Source: Alphaproteobacteria bacterium
GTDB lineage: Bacteria; Pseudomonadota; Alphaproteobacteria; UBA7887
NCBI GenBank assembly: GCA_965216755.1
Contig: CBDCGL010000011.1
Span: forward strand, 4,768,001 to 4,832,000
Direction of reading: 5' to 3'
DNA: 64,000 nt
Below the pieces are notes generated by a model, which saw only the letters and a list, made by a program, of their open reading frames with translations, was not told where the DNA came from and made no database searches. Made by a program: the position numbers and the translations under genes. Shown piece after piece: positions 59,318 to 64,000 of this stretch; within the stretch, counting starts at the first letter, position 1, and every line of letters begins with the position of its first letter.

Positions 59318-60100
59318 CTAGCCGTTGCCGGACCTATGGCGGGCGAACTCTTGCGCCAGCGCGTCGGCTCCGGCCCTCAGCACGCCGACGTCGGCGCCGA
59401 CGGCGACAAATGTGAATCCCATTTCAAGATAGCGATGCGCATCATCGATCACGGGCGCAAGAATTCCTGCCGGCATGCTCATGGCTTTGCAGCGATCCAC
59501 GGTATTGGCGATCGCGTCTTGTACCACTGGATGTGCCGCATCCCCTAGATGGCCGAGATCCGCGGCTAGGTCCGAAGGGCCAATAAATACGCCATCGATG
59601 CCGTCCACAGCACAAATGGCTTCGAGCTCACTCAAGGCGCCTCGGGTCTCAAGTTGGACCAGAAGGCATATCGCGTCGTTGGCGGTCGCGAAGTAGTCCG
59701 CAACACGGCCGTAGTTGTTGGCCCGAGTCGAAACTGCGACGCCCCGCACGCCACTTGGGGGATAGCGGGTTTGCCGCACAGCTTGTCGCGCTTCGTCGGC
59801 ATTCTGGACAAATGGCACCAGCAAGCTGTGCGCACCGATATCCAAGAGTTTCTTGAACTGGATTTGATCATTCCACGCAGGCCGCACGACGGCTGTCGCC
59901 GGTCCCGCATTGAGGACTTGAAGCTGCGCCAACACATTGCTGTGATCGTTTGGCGCATGTTCCGCATCAACGACAATCCAATCAAATCCCGACTCCAAAA
60001 GAACGTTGCAGACGATCGGGCTGGCGAGGCTTGCCCAAAACCCGATTTGTTTTTGTCCGTTCTTGATCGCGTGTTTGAAGCTATTTTCTGCGATTGGCAT
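59318..60100 (-). CDS. HpcH/HpaI class II pyruvate aldolase
   Basis: GFDWIVVDAEHAPN, KKLLDIGA, RYPPSGVRG, QLET, FIGPSDLAA. Confidence 0.92.
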   Translation of the reverse strand: MPIAENSFKHAIKNGQKQIGFWASLASPIVCNVLLESGFDWIVVDAEHAPNDHSNVLAQLQVLNAGPATAVVRPAWNDQIQFKKLLDIGAHSLLVPFVQNADEARQAVRQTRYPPSGVRGVAVSTRANNYGRVADYFATANDAICLLVQLETRGALSELEAICAVDGIDGVFIGPSDLAADLGHLGDAAHPVVQDAIANTVDRCKAMSMPAGILAPVIDDAHRYLEMGFTFVAVGADVGVLRAGADALAQEFARHRSGNG

Positions 60101-60178
60101 ATTTCTCTCTCAACTTTTTGCGTCTGCTTCCGGGCGGAAGGTCGCTCAAAACCCGAGTCTTGGAGCGGTTTGTCCGGC

Positions 60179-60571
60179 CTAATCAAGCGAAGGATCTGAC
60201 AGTGTCAAACGGTCCAAGGTCCAGCAGCCGTCGTCGGCGTGATCGTCGCACGTCAACCGCAGTACAGCGAGGAAGTCGCTAACATTGCTCCCCGATCCGG
60301 ATCGCGCGATCGTTCCTTGAATTGCCCAACGCCGGACGATAATCGAAAAGCGATCGCGCCTGGGGTGGATCGCCGTCACTTCGACCGTTGCAGCGCCTTG
60401 CGCCTCCTCCCGGGCACGAACGTGATATTCGCCGACGACGCGAATGCGTTCGACGTCGGGGCCACTTTCATTCAACATATCGCGCACATAGGTTGCGCCG
60501 CCGACAATCGCGACCAGCAAGACAAGGACCAAAAGGCAACCGGGCAGCGCGTAGTTCCGCCGTGGCACCAA
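60179..60571 (-). CDS. Hypothetical single-pass membrane protein
   Basis: N-terminal TM; RBS GGAGG; fills the gap in a co-directional run. Confidence 0.6.
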   Translation of the reverse strand: MVPRRNYALPGCLLVLVLLVAIVGGATYVRDMLNESGPDVERIRVVGEYHVRAREEAQGAATVEVTAIHPRRDRFSIIVRRWAIQGTIARSGSGSNVSDFLAVLRLTCDDHADDGCWTLDRLTLSDPSLD

Positions 60572-60585
60572 CGCCTCCGTTCACT

Positions 60586-62274
60586 CTAACCCTGCATACG
60601 CGCCTCGGCTGTTGCGCGGATGGCATCCAACGTCGTGCGGGTCGTGATGATGTTTGGATCAGTGCGCAGTTCGATCACCGCGGCTTTTTTCGATGCGATC
60701 GCACGTTTCAGCGCGGACTCGAACTCGTCTGTACGCGTCACCGTTTCGCCGTGGGCGCCATAAGCCCGAGCCAGCGCCGCGAAGTCAGGATTGGTTAGGT
60801 CGGTCATAATGGTTCGGCCAGGATATTCGCGTTCTTGATGCATGCGAATGGTGCCAAATATACCATTGTTGAAAACCAAAACGATGAGCGCGGCGCCGTG
60901 ATGTACAGCCGTGGCCAATTCTTGGCCATTCATCATATACCCGCCATCACCGACGAACGATACCACGGTTCGATCCGGCTTGGTTATTTTCGCGGCGACG
61001 CCCGCAGGAACGCTGTAGCCCATGGAACCCAGCGTCGGACCCAACTCGCTGTTGCCATGTCGAAACTGCCAATAGCGCTGGGGCCAGCCGCTAAAGTTCC
61101 CGGCATCGACGGTGACGATCGTATCATCCGGCAAGATTTCCTGTAGGATTGTCATCACGTGGCCGAGGTCGAGTGGGCCATCTACGGGATCCCGCGCTTG
61201 GGTGGCCACGTAGTCGGCGCGCGCATCAGCAGCCCAGGCTTGCCATTTGCTGTCGAAGCGGATCGTCGCATTTGCCGCGCGGGCGAAAGCGGGCATGCCA
61301 GACTCAATGGCAAGATCCGGCTGATAGACTCGACCAAGTTCAGCCGCTTCAGGATAGACGTGGATCAGTCTTTGCTTGGGTGCTGGAACGGAAACTGTCG
61401 TATAGCCACGTGTGGTCATCTCGCCAAGCCGGGCCCCAACGACCAATAGCAGATCAGCATCCTTGACCCGCTTGACCAGGTTTGGGTCAACGCTTGCGCT
61501 GAGATCGCCGATATAGAGTGGATCGGTATTGTCGAACAAATCCTGGCGTCGAAACGAGACGCAAGTGGGCAACCCATTCGTTTTTGCAAACCCGGCGATG
61601 TCGGCGCGGGCGGCCGCGGTCCAGCCACTGCCGCCGAGCACCATGACCGGTCGTTCGGCGGCCGCGAGAAGATCAGCCACGGCTGAGATCTGTTCTGGCC
61701 CAGGGTGCGCAGAAACGGCTTCATACGGTTTGCCATCTTCAACGACACATGTCTCGACGAGCACATCCTCGGGCAGAGCGACGACAACCGGTCCCCGGCG
61801 CCCGGACATTGCCACGTGAAACGCTTTGTACATGATCTCTGGGATGCGCTGCGGATCATCGATTTGGTACGCGGCCTTGGCAATGGGAAACGCGAACATT
61901 TGACGATAGTCGATTTCTTGAAATGCTTCGCGTCCCATCATTTGGCGCGGTATTTGTCCGACCAGGAGAATAAAGGGGGTTGAGTCCTGCATGGCCGCGT
62001 GAACCCCAATTGACGCGTTGGTTGCACCGGGCCCGCGCGTCACAAAGCAGATGCCCGGTTTGCCGGTTAGCTTGCCATAGGCCTCGGCCATGAAACCCGC
62101 GCCGCCTTCCTGGCGACACGTAATGACTCGGATTTGATTGCGCGCTTCGTACAGGGCGTCTAGCGCGCCCAGATAACTCTCACCGGGAACGCCGAACACG
62201 GTATCAACACCATGAAGGCGCAGCGCATCCACCAGGATTTGCCCCCCTGTGCGGGCTGCAGCTTGCTGGGCCAC
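60586..62274 (-). CDS. Thiamine-diphosphate-dependent enzyme (acetolactate-synthase-like)
   Basis: FGVPGESYL, RQEGGAGFMAEA, TRGPGATN, GDGG...NNG ThDP motif. Confidence 0.92.
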   Translation of the reverse strand: MAQQAAARTGGQILVDALRLHGVDTVFGVPGESYLGALDALYEARNQIRVITCRQEGGAGFMAEAYGKLTGKPGICFVTRGPGATNASIGVHAAMQDSTPFILLVGQIPRQMMGREAFQEIDYRQMFAFPIAKAAYQIDDPQRIPEIMYKAFHVAMSGRRGPVVVALPEDVLVETCVVEDGKPYEAVSAHPGPEQISAVADLLAAAERPVMVLGGSGWTAAARADIAGFAKTNGLPTCVSFRRQDLFDNTDPLYIGDLSASVDPNLVKRVKDADLLLVVGARLGEMTTRGYTTVSVPAPKQRLIHVYPEAAELGRVYQPDLAIESGMPAFARAANATIRFDSKWQAWAADARADYVATQARDPVDGPLDLGHVMTILQEILPDDTIVTVDAGNFSGWPQRYWQFRHGNSELGPTLGSMGYSVPAGVAAKITKPDRTVVSFVGDGGYMMNGQELATAVHHGAALIVLVFNNGIFGTIRMHQEREYPGRTIMTDLTNPDFAALARAYGAHGETVTRTDEFESALKRAIASKKAAVIELRTDPNIITTRTTLDAIRATAEARMQG

Positions 62275-62481
62275 GATTCACATCTCCAAAGCGGTTTTTT
62301 GGGAAACCTAACCTAGCTAAGCCTGGTGGGCCAGTCGCAGTGCGTGATTTCGCGCGAAATTCTCGCCAAGAGACGAACCGCACCCGACCGGCTAATGCCG
62401 GTTCGAGTGCGCGCTCCAGTTGGGAGAGATCAAAAGGCACATGTCACTCGGCCCTGTATGCTTGGTACCACCAGCACCGAG

Positions 62482-62530
62482 CGTCATATACCATGATATA
62501 TAATGGTGTTATATTTACTCGGATATAACG
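62482..62530. promoter_or_regulatory. Two tandem ModE boxes
   Basis: CG-T-CATATA-N6-TATATA-A-TG (62482-62505) and TG-T-TATATT-N6-GATATA-A-CG (62507-62530). Confidence 0.7.
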
Positions 62531-62536
62531 GGGCCG

Positions 62537-62947
62537 TCAATCGGTTTCGTCGTCGTTGACTGAAGTTGCTTTGTTTGGTTCGATCGGCAGGGCGACCAGC
62601 AAGCTACAGAACTCGACAAAGTCTTCTTTGACACTGTCGGCCGCTTTTTCCTGCATTCGATCGTATCGCGCCAGAACTTCATCGCCCATGGCGGTCACAC
62701 TGGCGCCGCCGCCGCCCTTGCCGCCGGTCGCGGCGACCACGACAGGTTCTCGAAAGCAGCGGTTCATTGTGTCGACCAAAAGCCAAGCGCGCCGATATGA
62801 CATACCCATTTGCCGGGCGGCCGCCGAAATTGATCCGTGTCGTCGGATGGCGCGCAAAAGTGCAATCTTACCCGGACCGACGGCGATCTCCGGTCCAAAC
62901 ATAACGCGCAGCCGCACGTCCTTCGGATCAGCCATGCGCGCCGGCAT
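62537..62947 (-). CDS. modE: ModE-family transcriptional regulator (HTH only, no TOBE domains)
   Basis: GPGKIALL.AI...GSISAAARQMGMSYRRAW.LV..MN.CF..PVV....GGKGGGGA. Confidence 0.88.
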   Translation of the reverse strand: MPARMADPKDVRLRVMFGPEIAVGPGKIALLRAIRRHGSISAAARQMGMSYRRAWLLVDTMNRCFREPVVVAATGGKGGGGASVTAMGDEVLARYDRMQEKAADSVKEDFVEFCSLLVALPIEPNKATSVNDDETD

Positions 62948-62993
62948 CGTCGGTCCTAGTGGACCCGATCACGCGGACATCCAATTGCATCTG

Positions 62994-64000
62994 TCATGAA
63001 CCACTTTGTTGCCGAGTAAGGCGCGTGAAATTAAACATCATGGCGCTGCCGTCGCGGGTTCCCGCGCCGAGGAATTCCCCGTCAGGCGACCAAGCCATGG
63101 CCGTTATCGGCGAACCGCACGAGTGAGCGATAAGGATTTCTCTTGCGTTAATGAAATCCACCAACATCAGGCAACCGTCCGCGAATCCGACCGCGGCCAA
63201 ATTGTGTCGGGGATGGCATGACGCCTGTGTGGCCGTGCATCCGCTTCTCACACCCAATCGTGCTGGTCGACACTTGTCCCCGCGCCGCGTATTTGCACCG
63301 AACCAACACAACAGACCGTCTTCGCCACTGCCTACCAAATGTCGGCCTTGCCACGACCAAGATAGGCTGCAGGCCGTCCCCGAAATCAGTCCGCCATTAA
63401 GATTGCCGCGGTCGTCGATATGCCAACATCGGACAACTTCACCGTTCCCGATTGACGCCAAACGCCGGCTCCCCGGGCTCCAGCACAGATCCCCGATGGG
63501 GTCGGTCGCGCTGTGGTCACAACCGCGACTCCGGAGCTGATCCAGGGGCCAGATCGTAAGTCCACGCGTGTGCATAGCCGCAATCATCCGTCCATTCGGA
63601 CTGACCGCGACATCCGACAGTAATCCACCGCCCGTGCTGAGTGTCGGCTGTACGCGTCCGTCACGATCGACAATCGTCAGACGGTCATCGTGGCCCACGG
63701 CCCGCATTGTGGCCGCACCACCGCGCGATGTGATCGACAAACACACCTCATTGCCGGCGCTGTCGTACAAGTCCTCCATATAACCGTCGACATCCAGCAT
63801 GACGGCACGGCCGTCCGCACCCGTGGTCAAGAAGCCGTTACCCGCCGCATCCCGCCGCAGCCGTTTGATAGGCCCGTCATGAACTTGCGCGGTCACCATT
63901 TTGCGGCCGTCGAATTGCCGGGTCGCGACCAGACGCACACTCCCTCCAGCCGTCGCGAAGGCCGCGTGAGAGGCATCGCAATTGAACGCTGTATCAACGA
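62994..64000 (-). CDS. WD40-repeat protein (5' part beyond window)
   Basis: WD-like repeats (LTTGADG, AVSPNG, WSPGS, AVGFADG, AWSPDG); frame stays open from 63938 to the window end. Confidence 0.8.
   Translation of the reverse strand, partial: VDTAFNCDASHAAFATAGGSVRLVATRQFDGRKMVTAQVHDGPIKRLRRDAAGNGFLTTGADGRAVMLDVDGYMEDLYDSAGNEVCLSITSRGGAATMRAVGHDDRLTIVDRDGRVQPTLSTGGGLLSDVAVSPNGRMIAAMHTRGLTIWPLDQLRSRGCDHSATDPIGDLCWSPGSRRLASIGNGEVVRCWHIDDRGNLNGGLISGTACSLSWSWQGRHLVGSGEDGLLCWFGANTRRGDKCRPARLGVRSGCTATQASCHPRHNLAAVGFADGCLMLVDFINAREILIAHSCGSPITAMAWSPDGEFLGAGTRDGSAMMFNFTRLTRQQSGS

Noticed and set aside
62204-62440. 78-aa ORF between the ModE boxes and the ThDP gene
   Set aside because: Overlaps the ThDP gene start and matches no family I recognise; may be a remnant.

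Overview
This is about 60% GC alphaproteobacterial chromosome, judged from the ETC-complex-I-subunit/tRNA-Arg(TCT) locus, a ClpS2-type adaptor and an HTH-only ModE. The left part holds a 2-furoate catabolic operon (hmfABCD, running off the left edge), a GFA gene, a heavy-metal-type RND efflux operon whose adaptor has poly-Asp tracts, and a small secreted Cys-repeat (ENPC) peptide. Next come tRNA-Arg with an IS481 and an att-like duplicate, then an acyl-CoA ligase plus single-chain acyl-CoA carboxylase, assorted detox/hydrolase genes (some decayed), an orphan histidine kinase with a secreted partner, and clpS. From about 32.6 to 47.5 kb an IS graveyard (IS256, three IS1380 copies, IS5, an IS2-group IS3, a composite MITE) interleaves copper-handling genes (a 3-Cys paralogue pair + SCO; DUF2946 - transporter pseudogene - PCuAC), an amidohydrolase and two PQQ-sugar-dehydrogenase-like genes. 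The right part holds modABC with a ModE box, dsrE2-tusA, a Zn-ADH, a TAXI-TRAP transporter, enolase-superfamily/aldolase/ThDP genes, modE with tandem ModE boxes, and a WD40 protein running off the right edge. The best candidates for undescribed biology are the 3-Cys paralogue pair + SCO operon, the ENPC-repeat peptide, the tRNA-linked IS481 with an att-like repeat, the composite MITE and the tandem ModE boxes. All family calls come from motif recognition by eye, not database searches.
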